A stretch of 64,000 nt of DNA from Lama glama (lineage: Eukaryota), in contig CM052817.1 of assembly GCA_028534125.1 (NCBI GenBank), forward strand, positions 45,820,001 through 45,884,000. Direction: 5' to 3'. Position numbers and translations under genes: made by a program. Positions 53,701 through 64,000 of the stretch are shown piece by piece. The notes beneath the pieces were generated by a model that was not told the DNA's origin, searched no databases, and saw only the letters and a program-made list of their open reading frames with translations. Within the stretch, counting starts at the first letter, position 1. Each line of letters begins with the position of its first letter.

Positions 53701-56700
53701 TTGTTTAATGTCACTGGGGTGCCATATCAAACCTAGTATGAAATGCCCTTCTGAAGTGACCACCATGGTCTTTCTAGTTCCACAGTGTCCATGGCTGTGG
53801 AAAGTCCAACCCTGGGCTGCAGCTGGCTAGTCAGCTGTTTTCTCTGTGCATGGGCACCTGTCTGTCGTGAGTCAACACGGAGTAGCTTGTTAGCATTTCT
53901 ATATTGTTTCTCTTGACAATCCTTATTTATCGAAACTTTCTACAGGTAAGTGATGGAGAAATTGTTACATATTACTGCTCCCCTCCCCCACGATGAAAAA
54001 GTAGGCAATCAAGACTCTAAAAGGTAAGACAAGAAAGTCAGGATAGGATTAAAATCCCATTTATGAAGCTCCCAGTGTTTTCTTCTTTCAGGGCAAGAGA
54101 AACCCTCCAGAGGTCAGATGAGAGGGAGAACCTCCCATTCAGACAAGCACAACTTCCAGGTGCCTTAGGCTGAGAGCAGATGACAGCTACCTGCTTTACA
54201 GAGTGCCAGAGCGGAGCNNNNNNNNNNNNNNNNNNNNNNNNNNNNNNNNNNNNNNNNNNNNNNNNNNNNNNNNNNNNNNNNNNNNNNNNNNNNNNNNNNN
54301 NNNNNNNNNNNNNNNNNNNNNNNNNNNNNNNNNNNNNNNNNNNNNNNNNNNNNNNNNNNNNNNNNNNNNNNNNNNNNNNNNNNNNNNNNNNNNNNNNNNN
54401 NNNNNNNNNNNNNNNNNNNNNNNNNNNNNNNNNNNNNNNNNNNNNNNNNNNNNNNNNNNNNNNNNNNNNNNNNNNNNNNNNNNNNNNNNNNNNNNNNNNN
54501 NNNNNNNNNNNNNNNNNNNNNNNNNNNNNNNNNNNNNNNNNNNNNNNNNNNNNNNNNNNNNNNNNNNNNNNNNNNNNNNNNNNNNNNNNNNNNNNNNNNN
54601 NNNNNNNNNNNNNNNNNNNNNNNNNNNNNNNNNNNNNNNNNNNNNNNNNNNNNNNNNNNNNNNNNNNNNNNNNNNNNNNNNNNNNNNNNNNNNNNNNNNN
54701 NNNNNNNNNNNNNNNNNTTCCCATTCTAGAGTTAGTTTCTGGTCACAAAACTCAGACATATTCCAGTGCGGAGAGAAGACGAGAGATTGGCATCTGGTCT
54801 ACAGAAAAAGTGTCAGCACAGGTAGGAATATGATTCTCCTCCCAAATGTGTATTTAAAGTGAGTTGATTTATTGAACCTTTTCTCATTCTTCAGCTACCA
54901 CCACACAACCAAAGAGAAGAGGCCACTTCTCTCGGTGCCCCAGGCAATACAAGCACTACTGCATCAAAGGGAGATGTCGCTTCGTGGTGGCCGAGCAGAC
55001 GCCCTCCTGCATGTAAGTGGAGCACGAGGAGCTGACCAGCAAAGGTGCAGGCTGGTGCCGGCTTGGGGCTAGACAGCACTGGAAAGTCTGAGCTAACCGC
55101 GCCATCTGTGGGGACGCAGTTCCCCCTGGTCCTGCCACCCGGCCACTTGCTTAGGGGCCCGCAGCTACTTATGGAGAAACTGACGCACACTTTCCTGCTG
55201 AAATTTGAGCGTGCGATCCCCTGCCAGGCGGGACCGTGTCCTCTGCTGCCTTGCGCAAGCAAAACTGTTTCTGTCCAGCATTAAGGATGCTTTTCAGCTC
55301 AAATAATCTCCCAGGTGGTGCCAATGGAAACACATTCTTCTGGCATGTGTTAGGTGGTTCACAGTGAACGTAAATATGAAGGCATTTCTGCCAAATTAAT
55401 AGCTACTTTTGCAGGGGACAATTAAGTGGCTAGAAATCAGTCCTATTTACAGAGATTCACGAAGCCTGTTGAGTATAGCAGGGAACTGGGAGAAAAGTTC
55501 TCTTTCCAACTCTTAGCAGATTGAGTCCAAGTTTAATTTTACTCAGGCACAAAGAAATGTTTTGCATATCTTCAATATTTATTCTCTTCTAAAAACATGT
55601 TCCTCTAAAGTGCTGTCTGAGACTACCTCATAGGGAGCAAGGTGGTTTTTAAGCACAATTTTGATCTAAGGTTTATAGAATGTTTATGTTCTTCTCTGTG
55701 CTTGCCCGACATTCCCTTTTTTTTTTAAACAAGTATCTCAGAACAGTGATTCCAAGCCCTGATGCGGTGGAACATTGAAGAGGAATGGACTGCTTCAAAG
55801 TTTAATTATAATTAAATTTAATTAGAAAATAAATATACAGAGATAATAGAGGAGAATAAGAATTGCTATGTAAGAAAATAAGAAAGATGTGCTTGGGAAA
55901 GATAGAGCTAATTTTAAAAAACTTTCATTTAATTGCTAACTGGCTTGGGAGAGTATAATGAACTTTAAAAAGATTAATAATCCCCTTTAACCAGTACATT
56001 TTTCTAACTGGTCCTTCTGTCTGTGATTGACTGCTCTTGAACACTGCTGCCTTCTAGAATGAAACCACAGCATGAGATTGACCTGCCTTAGATCAATACG
56101 CAGTCTGGCCCCTCAGTCAGAGGTTAAAACTCGTTTCTTCTGTAGCTCCTCTGATCCTGGCTTACCTTTCTAGCCGTATCTCTCATCATATTCCTAAATG
56201 GTCTGAAATCCTACACTCCTTTGCAAGGTTTATTGGACAAGCTCTTCTCATAGCCTGGAAAGTTTATTCTTACTGATGCTTTAAGATTCAACTCAAATAT
56301 CAGCTCCTCCTGGACCCCCGCATTGACATGAGTTAGATGTCCTTCCTCTGTGATCCAGTCACACTTCTGTGAAAGCTCTTTTGTCCTGAAGCATAACTGT
56401 TGGTTTCTTTGAAAGTCCCCTCTGCAGCTGTGAACTCCTAGAGGGCGTTATTCATTTCATATTCAGTGCCAAGCACAGTGTCTAGGATTTGTGAGGTGCT
56501 TAGGAAATGTCTGATGAATAAGTAAGCAAGTCCCTCAATCACGGTTACCCGAGTGTTGTGCAAAATGTCGAAACCAAGGCCTTCGTCTGAACCAGGAACA
56601 CCTTCTCAGTGGTGGAGTGATACAAAATCGAGGGGAGGAGGAAGAGGATAGGAGTCAGGACGTAGACTCTGGAGTCAGATAGACCTAAGTTAAGATTTTG

Positions 56701-57456
56701 TTTCCACCAGTTATAAGCAGCATTAACAATGGGTCAGCCACCCTTCCTAAGTGTTTTATCATCCACAGAAGTGTTCCTTTCAAGTGCTGAAAATTAAGCA
56801 AAATAATACATCAAGCAAAAATACTTACTGTGGTACCCAGTGTAGAGTCAATGTTTGGTAAATTGTACCATTGAAATGAATGGGAGATATTCCACCTGGA
56901 CCTGACTTTATAGGTGACTTGGTGTAGCCCTGATTCACGCAAAACTGCCTTGCCATTGGTGATTATGCTGTCTTAGGAAACCAGAAATATCTCCTCCTGC
57001 TTGGGATCATAGTGGTTTGTAGACTTCTGTCCTTACATAAAAAACCAAAGTGTGTTTCAAATAACTGAAATCCCCTCTTGGTCTTCTTAGTATTTTTTTT
57101 GGAACTGTTTGATCTGTTTTCAGATACATAACTTTTATTTATTTATGTGGCACAGTTTGTGTAGGCAGTGTGACATGTGGTTGGACACATGACCTTGGGA
57201 GCCAGACTTCCTGCCTTGAATCGTAGCCCCACTCACTTACTCTCTCTACACCTCAGTTTCTCCACCTGCAAAATGGGGTTAATAACAGCAACTACTTCAA
57301 AGGTTGTTATAAGGATCAATTGAGTTACTATTCATAATCTCTTAGAACATTGTCTGATTATTTCAGAATAACCCCCCCCAAATCCTGATTTTGAACAGTC
57401 CTCGAGGGTCATAACATCTTTTTTTTTAAATCATAGTGACTTTATAATAATACATT

Positions 57457-57503
<47 letters not shown>

Positions 57504-60500
57504 TCATAGCATCTTTAAACGTTATTTTTAATTCTAACTTATAATGTTAATTTGTAACATAAAATTAATTTAATTATAATTTTTAATTTTAATTTATAAG
57601 ATTTGATTATAAGATGTTTACTAGATAGAAACTCATTCATTTGCTCAGCATTTAATAAAAATTTACTAGCATCTTTCACCCTTTGCCTCTTCCTCTCCCA
57701 TTGAAATGGCCATTGGCTAATATATGATTAGTTTGATGAGCAGTGAAATAATGTGAGAGCCATTATAACTGGCTATATAAGAATCTGACCTTGTACGTGG
57801 CTTCACTGGGTTATAACTTACAGGAAGGACTGCTCACTGAGAAACTCATTTAAAGCATGGTTGAGCAACTGAACCCTGAGCTTATCATTAGAAAAACATT
57901 CTAAAAGAGCTATGTCTTTTATGGGCAAAGTTATTGTTTAAAAATGCTGTTTTTAGTAAATTTGTTAAAAAAATTTCAGCTAATTGGCAGAGACTATATT
58001 TGTAAGATTTTAATTATAACCTTTAAAAAAAACTTAAAAATCTCCCTCCCACACATGCAATTAAAAGTGATATTCCCCCCAGGTCTAATCCTATATACAA
58101 GAGATTTTTGATATTCAAGATATTTCTAAGCTCTCTTCCAGTTATTTTGACCTTGAAATGAAGATCCCAGCTATTCTGCAGGAAGCAATTTTCCCCCATA
58201 TGTGCTGAGGTCATTTTGCAATAGACAGCGTTAGGTGTTTTTTGTCCTTTGCTTACATTTAGTCTTACCTTTCAGTTGATGTTTGTGACTGAGCTAGATT
58301 TATTTTTTAAGCATTGTGCTGGCTATAGTATTGTCAGTAAGGGATCTCCTTACTTGAGAAATACAGGCTTTGTGGGCGTTGACTGACTTGGCTTTTATCA
58401 AACATAAACTCCAGAGCAACCTGGCAATGGATCCTTTCTTCAAACAAACAATAACGAAAAAATGAGGTTACACAGAAATCTTTAAATCTTTTCAGGAAGC
58501 AGAGTTTCACGTGTCTGAGGTTGAAATAATTATGTATATGACCAGTATCTCTTTGTGTTTGGAATGAGCCCAAGGAGAAAAAAAAGGAACATATTTGTTA
58601 GTGTAAAGGTCCTGACATTGCAATGTATCATTTTGGTTTTAAAATGTCCTTTTCATGCGTCTTTTAAGCATCTGACACAATTCAGAGAATACTGTGGATG
58701 GTCCGTAAATCACTGCTACTTAAGTTGGTTGAGTGTTGCTTGGACGGTCTTGGCTTGGTCCAATGAATCTGTATCTGTAACTTCAGACATGGGGGCATCT
58801 ACTAAGTTGAGGTGAATTCAGGACTGAATATTGATAGAGTTGGGAGAATGAGAGAGGTGACAGTGTCACTTGGACAGCTTGTTGATTTCTGGTCACTGCA
58901 CTTTACCAGGGTCACGGAGAAGAGAGGGGAGCATTCAGAGGACAGTGGAGGGGATGGTGTACAGATCTGAAAATGGGGCCTTTGAGGATCAGATGAAGGA
59001 ACTGGAGAGGACAAGCCCTATGATGTTTTGAGGGGATGCAGTTGGGGGGGTGGTGAATAGAAGAGAATCACCTAAAAATCTGTGACTCCTACAAGCGGTA
59101 GAACTAGACCTGAAAGCTGGAAGTTATAAAGAGAGGCTGGGGGCAGTGGGGTTGGGGAAGGGGAGAAATCCTGTAGAATAACATTTATGGAGCTTTCTGT
59201 GTCTTCCGTGGTTGACTATATAAAACTGTATACTTTAAAAATAATTTATAGTAAGAGAACTTGTGCATGCTGAAACTGTTTGCATTGCCCTCTGATGAAA
59301 TGGGGGCTCCTAGGGGTTTTTGAATTCCCTGCCATGGAGGTATTTAAGCACTTGGGAGTGCTATGTAGGGAGTTTATCACCCCTCCCTTTCAAACTCAGA
59401 ATCTAAAATTTCAAGAAAATTTTAGTAAACTGTTACCATCCCTAGTGATTTATATTAGGCATATTGTTACTGATGTTCAAGTGATGACAAGTTTTCAGCA
59501 AAGTGAAGAATCAAACTTCTCATGAATGCAGTGGTTGTACAGCTTAAAGATTTTTTTAAACCAATTGTGTCCTGTATTAATTCCAGGTAATGAAAACTGT
59601 TAGTTTCTTTGAAAAAGACATAGTAGAGATTCTTAAAATTTGTTCACTTTTCACCTTCTTGCCCTTTTCTTGTTCTATTTTTACAGCTGTGAGGAAGGCT
59701 ACGCTGGGGCAAGATGTGAGAGAGTTGACTTGTTTTACTTAAGAGGAGATAGAGGGCAGATTTTGGTGATTTGTTTGATAGCAGTTATGGTCATTTTTAT
59801 CATTTTGGTGGTCGGTGTCTGCACATGCTGTCAGTAAGTATTTTTAAATTTACTTTAAAGTAAATCTGAAAATTTTTTATCTTGTTCACAGTTTCCTTTC
59901 CTTCTCTCTCTCCTACCTACCTTTTCTCTTTCCTTTTGGCTTTGATGTAAATTGCTCTTCACAGTTTGCCATCCTTTACTTTGAAGTAATGAAACACATG
60001 ACACTTGATGTTTTTCATTTTACTGAGCACAATTATTATAATTTAAAATAAAATTTATATAAATATCTTAAATGAAAAAAAAGGAAGTGGGCAAAATGGA
60101 TGAAGGTGACCCAAACGTACAAGCTTCTAATTGTAAGATAAATGGGTCCTGAGGATGTAATGTACGCTGGTGACTATAGTTAACAACACAGTATTGTGTA
60201 TTTGAAAGTTGCTCATGGAGAAGATCTTAAAAGTTCGCATTTCAAAAAGGAAACATTTTATAACTGTAGTGATGGATGATAAATAAACTTACTGTGGTGA
60301 TCATTTTTCAGTATGAACAAATATCAAATCATTATGCTGTATACCTGAAAAGGATACAATGTTGTGTGTCAATTATTTAGTCCTGTAGTCAGTCATAATT
60401 TTTGTGTGTTTATTAGTGGGCTAAACAAGACTATTAAACTGTACCATGAAAGATAGAAACAAGCAAACCAAAATGTTTTTTTCTTGGTCACACTGAAAAC

Positions 60501-61645
60501 ATGAATTTTATTTCCAAAAGATAATTGCACTGTTTTTCCTGTCTTTACTTTTCACTATATATCACAGCCTCAATAATCAAGAACAACCTTGTTTTCTTCT
60601 CTGAGACAGAATGGCTTGTTTCAATTCTTAAGTTAGTTTTGGAAACCTGTCAATTTTTTTTATCTGACCAGGACTCCCACAGAATCTTAAAATGCTAGCT
60701 TCTTGTCTTGAGAAGCCTCCTGAACTGTTACACTTTGAAGCTGTGGTACACCTTAGAAGAGGGTGTCATGTGATTCCTTTCTTTACAGCATCCTTGGTAG
60801 AAAAACATGAGCATAGCTATCAAGAGTCTAGAGTCTTTGATTTTCGTCCCAGCTCTGGCATTAAACATTTTTGAGAACTTGAACAAATTTTTTAACATCT
60901 TTACTTTTATTTTCTGTAAGACAAGAGGATTAAACCAAATAATCCATAGGATTTCTTCTAGCTATAAAAGCAAAAGTTATTTTTAACATTTTACCTTTAT
61001 GGCAAAAAAAAAAATACTTGGCATTTTTATAATGCCAAGTTTGGGGCAGAGCTGGGAAATGCCCTATTTTACTGAATTTTGTATTACACTTTAAGAAAAC
61101 TGGACTGCAGTCTAGAATATCTAACATATTTCTTAATATAGCACATCCAGAGCTATCCTCCTTCTCTTTGGTTTTCTCATGTCTGTTTCCATTTTGTTCT
61201 ATTTCTTGTTTACGTACTAAATACTTATCAGTCTAGTTTGTGACATGGCTTGACCCAAAAAATCTTCCTCTGCTCCCCATGCATTGTCAACAATCAGGCA
61301 CCCTATTCTTTCTATATAGATACAACTAAATTCTATCCACACTGTTGCGATTGTAGCTGTCATTTCAGCCTAGAGAAAGAGATGGATTAAGAGAGAAAGT
61401 AAAATATATATTTTTTAAAAGGAACCCATACATTTCTAACAGTCTAGAAATAAGATCATAGGTCCTCTTGATGATTAATTTTGTGATTCTATGAACTAAT
61501 AGGCCCACACTAATTTCTAACACTTTATTTTCCAAGTCCTCTTCGGAAACATCGTAAAAGAAGAAAGAAGGAAGAAGAAATGGAAACTCTGGGTAAAGAT
61601 ACAACTCCTATAAATGAAGACATTCAGGAGACTAGTATTGCTTAA
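30612..61645 (+). CDS. BTC: Probetacellulin, complete spliced CDS: join(30612..30675,47068..47166,54895..55012,59687..59833,61537..61645), 537 nt, 178 aa
   Basis: Manual splicing at GT-AG sites with compatible phases (1,1,2,2) gives MARVAPGSSASKLPLLLALALG LVILHYVIADGNSTRSPGEDGLLCGDLGENCPA TTTQPKRRGHFSRCPRQYKHYCIKGRCRFVVAEQTPSCI CEEGYAGARCERVDLFYLRGDRGQILVICLIAVMVIFIILVVGVCTCCH PLRKHRKRRKKEEEMETLGKDTTPINEDIQETSIA*. EGF motif CX7CX4CX10CXCX8C; sequence and length match mammalian BTC as I recall it. Confidence 0.98.
33190..33380 (+). mobile_element. (GT)n followed by a MIR fragment
   Basis: gtgtgtgtgtgtgtgtgtg then ttccagctctaccattctgtgactctgagatgagttacaactttctgag. Confidence 0.6.
35505..35770 (+). 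mobile_element. L1MB-like 3' end containing (TA)n
   Basis: aggcaaaaccatagagatagaaaatagaatgg...gggtacagagtttcagtt...ctgaactgtacatttaaaagtggttaagatggtaaatt. Confidence 0.85.
36250..36440 (+). mobile_element. L3/CR1 3'-end fragment
   Basis: gctgtcttgggatgtggtgggcttcccatgcctgga...gtggaccaaatgacc resembles the CR1 3' end. Confidence 0.55.
38350..39070 (+). mobile_element. Probable degenerate ERVL-type solo LTR
   Basis: Ends ccccaataaagtgataacccttgatct..ctcaggctctgct..ccagaagaccc, an LTR-like R/U5 end; 5' boundary uncertain. Confidence 0.4.
40555..41220 (+). mobile_element. L3/CR1 ORF2 fragment
   Basis: ggctgcattatcagaaatatgg...ccactctattct...ggatgtctagcttgagaaaga...cttcacatatatgaagatctgtcat..gaaagagagattaaacttattct. 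Confidence 0.65.
41675..41893. mobile_element. MER20 DNA transposon fossil
   Basis: acatttggcaaagtcaggggacagttttgattgtgac...gccagggatgctgct...ccacaacaaagagttcccagccccaaatgccagtagtg. Confidence 0.85.
42740..43045 (-). mobile_element. MLT1A-like (MaLR) solo LTR within L2 remnants
   Basis: catagttctggaggctg...tgtctggtgagagg...ctgtgtcctcacatggcagaaggg...cctcatgacctaatcacct. Confidence 0.85.
45850..46460 (-). mobile_element. MIR (about 45850-46060) and old L1M 3' fragment (about 46110-46460)
   Basis: aatcctcacaacagt...aatgaggaaactgag..aacttgtccaagg (MIR); ccagctttaacagtcatcaat..ggccaatcttgtttcatctat...gtttgaatcagga (L1M). Confidence 0.65.
47068..47166 (+). CDS. BTC: BTC exon 2 (end of signal peptide, N-terminal part of mature BTC)
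   Basis: Acceptor tttgaag|GT, 99 nt, encodes LVILHYVIADGNSTRSPGEDGLLCGDLGENCP; donor CAG|GTAACA; N-glycosylation sequon NST at Asn34. Confidence 0.97.
47238..47550 (-). mobile_element. 5'-truncated L1 3' end with 10-bp TSD
   Basis: tagtcagtttacaatgttgtgtcagtttctgg...caaactcccaatttatcccttcccac; gatctcccta at 47228-47237 and 47551-47560. Confidence 0.85.
47590..47830 (-). mobile_element. MIR
   Basis: tgagcacatgctaatgtaccaggcactgggctaagtgttttacat...aacttgccaaaggccacacag. Confidence 0.75.
48040..48255. mobile_element. MER58A-like DNA transposon fossil
   Basis: tgtgggccat...tgcaactactcacctctgcgattgt...ttccaataaaacttta...gccagatttgg..catagtttgttgattcctg. Confidence 0.8.
48798..49462 (-). mobile_element. 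L1M 3' fragment, apparently with an internal deletion near 49400
   Basis: Antisense L1 3' UTR through catactattttccatagagg, joined directly to the more upstream ORF2 piece ataggttgccttttcagtctc...tgtgcagaagatttttagtttg. Confidence 0.8.
52925..53110 (-). mobile_element. MIR
   Basis: ccaggcactttgctagg...cctctcaaccaccttgtaaggtagatgttatc...cagatgatgaaactgaggctcaga. Confidence 0.8.
54218..54717. other. Assembly gap, 500 N, in BTC intron 2
   Basis: Run of N ending 177 bp before exon 3. Confidence 1.
54895..55012 (+). CDS. BTC: BTC exon 3 (first four cysteines of the EGF domain)
   Basis: Acceptor ttctcattcttcag|CT, 118 nt, encodes TTTQPKRRGHFSRCPRQYKHYCIKGRCRFVVAEQTPSC; donor AT|GTAAGT. This frame is missing from the ORF track. 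Confidence 0.98.
56070..57360 (+). mobile_element. L2 3' fragment (about 56070-56530) and two MIRs (about 56650-56860 and 57165-57360)
   Basis: ttaagattcaactcaaatatcagctcctcc...agcacagtgtct...gaataagt (L2); gactctggagtcagatagacct and cctcagtttctccacctgcaaaatgggg (MIR). Confidence 0.7.
57455..57504. repeat. (TTTA)n microsatellite
   Basis: Directly visible tetranucleotide array. Confidence 0.95.
59687..59833 (+). CDS. BTC: BTC exon 4 (EGF C-loop, juxtamembrane stalk, TM helix)
   Basis: Long polypyrimidine tract then ttacag|C, 147 nt, encodes CEEGYAGARCERVDLFYLRGDRGQILVICLIAVMVIFIILVVGVCTCC; donor CA|GTAAGT. Confidence 0.98.
60075..60378 (+). mobile_element. L1M 3'-end fragment in intron 4
   Basis: aaatggatgaaggtg..caaacgtacaagcttct...ggtgactatagttaacaac...tgtggtgatcatttt...atcattatgctgtatacctgaaa. 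Confidence 0.85.
61537..61645 (+). CDS. BTC: BTC exon 5, coding part (cytoplasmic tail and stop); exon ends at 61647
   Basis: Acceptor tttattttccaag|T; encodes PLRKHRKRRKKEEEMETLGKDTTPINEDIQETSIA then TAA at 61643-61645; donor CG|GTAAGT at 61648. Confidence 0.97.
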
Positions 61646-62039
61646 CGGTAAGTTCGATAAACATGGTTGATGGGAAACTAATCAGGGACATTTACCTGGT
61701 AAAGTGGGGCTTAACTGCATCTAGTAAATCATTGACTGGAATTTGATTGTGTTTAAAAACATCTCAAAATAAGATGATGATTTTTTCATAGACTCTGAAG
61801 CCAAATAAAAGACTCTCTCATATCTTTCTTTTGCATGATACTGCAGAGATAGCACATGGGAGAAAGGACTTTTATATATGTTTTCTAATGTACTGAGATC
61901 AGTGTGCTTTCTGGTTCTGCATGGTTGTGGTAGTGACTTTATATTTTTATAAAACATTAGCGATATTTGGTATATTTTTCATTTGGGGACACAGGAAGAA
62001 GTATTTTAGATATCTCACATTGAAAGAACATAGCAATGT

Positions 62040-62940
62040 TTTAATAATAACCATATTTATTGAGCAGTTACCACATGCCAAGCATTTTTTTGGAGCTCTT
62101 TAAATGTTCTATCAAATGGGATAGTGGGAATCACAAATCCCCCCGGATGATCCAATAAAGAGATTCTGATGAAGGGGCTGGGAGGGCAGGGTGGAGGGAG
62201 CCCATAGGAATGTGGGGGCTCCTGGAGTCTATCGAGGGCAGGCAGCTGTGCCCCTCCTATGCATGGAAGGGCTGGGGAAGAGTGATTTTGGCGTTGAGAG
62301 GCTGGCTGCACCTGGGTCGGGGGTGGCAGGGTTTAGGCAGGAGCTACTGTAGCTGTAGCTGTGGATGGTAAGAGCCACTGCCAGCACTTGAACAAGGAAG
62401 CAGGCAGGAAATGGGGAGAATAACCCCAAACCTTCTCTCTCTTGCTTTCAGATCTTCAGCAGGTGCCTCCCACTAGCCAAACCCCATGAGAACTCAGAGG
62501 GTAGGGTAGCCCTTGTGATACAATCTGAAGGTCAGCCAGCCCCCTGGAGCATAGAGCAGGGCAGAGGAAGGTTCCGGAAGGGCAGACCGAGCACAGCCAG
62601 CTCAGTCAACCAAGATTGTTTTGTCTGTAACAGCATCAAACCCAACCAAACTAGTTCAAAATGAAGGAGACGTATTGGCTCACATGCACTGGCAGTCCAG
62701 AGGAGGCGTAGCATTCACACTTGCTTGTATCAGAGTTCCCACGCAGAGAAACATTATTTCTGTCTTTCTGCTCACCATTTGAAGAGTTGATTTCATCCTT
62801 GGCTAATTCATTTTAGGTCACAGAAGAGGCCAGCAGGGATCAGGGCCACATGCTTCCTTATCTCCATCAAGCAAGAAACAGCAGTGACTTTCCATAGCTT
62901 TCCCAGCAGTACAAAGAATCTCCTTTCCCAGATCATCCCA
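62040..62940. mobile_element. MIR end, ERVL-like LTR (about 62150-62600) and MLT1-like fragment in intron 5
   Basis: catatttattgagcagttaccacatgccaagca (MIR); gtgcctcccactagccaaacccc..cagagggtagggtagccc (LTR-like); aaacccaaccaaactag..tattggctcac (MLT1-like). Confidence 0.5.
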
Positions 62941-63111
62941 GCAGATTAATAGGGTAAAGGCTTATCAAAAAAATTGTAGTGTTCTCCTAACTTATTACCA
63001 AAATGACACTAATGAGTTGAAAACAAAAATGCTGGCTCTAGATTTTTTTTTTAATTACCTAGTATGTTTCTTTTGAATGGTTTGCTCCTTTTCCTCCTCT
63101 TTTTTCTACAG

Positions 63112-63460
63112 TTAATGAAGGTACCTCCATTCTGGTGGCAAGCTACAAAATGCCTTATTCATTTGAAAATGGACAGAATGTGTCTCAGGAAAACAGCTAG
63201 CAACATGAATTTTAAATAATGTATTTACTTTTTGTTTGTAACGTTAACTTGTGTTGTTTACTATTGTTTTTATAATAAGAACAAATAATTTTATTATTGT
63301 TTGGTAATTGGGGAAAAGCACCCAGTTAAGAAGGGAAATTTTAATAAACTTCCACTTAAGTTTTGTCACCAGGGATTATTAGTCAAACAAACAAAAAAAA
63401 ATAGGAAGGAGTTTAGATCTTAAGAACTGAATTAATAATAAAGCTGCCATTTATATGACA
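63112..63460 (+). other. BTC: BTC exon 6 (3' UTR); 3' end uncertain
   Basis: Strong acceptor ttcctcctcttttttctacag at 63111; following sequence (ggtggcaagct...catttgaaaatggacagaatgtgtctcaggaaaacagctag) resembles the BTC 3' UTR as I recall it; AATAAA at 63343 and 63437. Confidence 0.8.
63343..63442 (+). terminator. Candidate polyadenylation signals (AATAAA at 63343-63348 and 63437-63442)
   Basis: Canonical hexamers downstream of the last acceptor; which one is used cannot be told from sequence. Confidence 0.5.
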
Positions 63461-63650
63461 CTATGTGCTAAGAGTGTGAAATATATTGTTTTCTTTAATT
63501 CCTTCAAGAACCTATGATCCTCATTTCTCATGCATAGAAACAGGCCTTAAGAAGTTGAATAATTTAACCCAGATTTACAGAGTCAGGATTTGGTGGAGCT
63601 GAAATTGGAACCAAGATTTACCCAAGTTCAACATTCATGCTGTTAACCAT
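63440..63650 (-). mobile_element. MIR at or after the BTC 3' end
   Basis: gctgccatttat..cactatgtgctaag...tttaattccttcaagaacctatga...gagctgaaattggaaccaag. Confidence 0.6.
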
Positions 63651-64000
63651 CATTTTTGTTCATTGGCGTTTCTGCAAACCAATTCATAATATAACCCAAT
63701 ATTTTACACTAAAGTGTTGTTTTGCCATGACTCTGGGACATTGGGACATTTTCCTGCAGAAACTCAGAATTCAGAGTCCTGGGTATATGTTACTGTTATT
63801 ACCAACATGCTTTCTGTAGTCTTGACTTTCATTATGTTTCTTTGCTCCTTTATAAATTCTCAGTGATTTTCATACATTCTTACCTTAGTTAAGCAAAATT
63901 TGCCCCATTGCTAGGGTAATGAATAGAGATGGAAAGTAAATGTCTGACAGTCTTCAAGTCCCAGGTAAGTGTCTATGCTCATTAAAGGAGAGGTAACAGC

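Noticed and set aside
53384..53874. Two AP-1 sites (TGAGTCA at 53384 and 53868) as an intronic enhancer
   Set aside because: This heptamer recurs elsewhere in the window and is expected by chance; no further support.
54872..55284. ORF-track proteins overlapping exon 3
   Set aside because: Wrong frames or strand; the BTC frame is set by the phase-1 acceptor at 54895.
1..64000. A novel biological system (CRISPR-like array, operon, defence island, new gene cluster)
   Set aside because: This is an ordinary mammalian locus. I saw no repeat-spacer array, no long ORFs and no second spliced gene; BTC plus common repeats explain what I can recognise.

Overview
This is mammalian genomic DNA, not microbial. 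A tRNA-derived SINE resembling the camelid vic-1 family, with no recognisable Alu, Bov-A or PRE-1, suggests a camelid. The only gene I can support is betacellulin (BTC, an EGF-family ligand) on the + strand. It has a CpG-island promoter at about 30.1-31.1 kb, five coding exons (30612-30675, 47068-47166, 54895-55012, 59687-59833, 61537-61645) and a non-coding exon 6 from 63112. The exons join through GT-AG introns into an intact 537-nt CDS (178 aa): signal peptide, mature region Asp32-Tyr111 with a six-Cys EGF motif, TM helix and basic cytoplasmic tail. The rest is intergenic or intronic DNA full of old repeats (L1, L2, L3/CR1, MIR, MLT1/ERVL LTRs, MER5/20/58), microsatellites and two 500-N gaps. 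Nearly all ORFs in the supplied track are spurious. I found no previously undescribed biological system. The best second-look items are modest: a twin-primed inverted L1 with target-site duplication (TSD), an L1 inserted just after exon 2, candidate regulatory motifs and in-frame skippable exons. Repeat family names and human/bovine comparisons come from memory and need RepeatMasker/BLAST confirmation; repeat boundaries are approximate.
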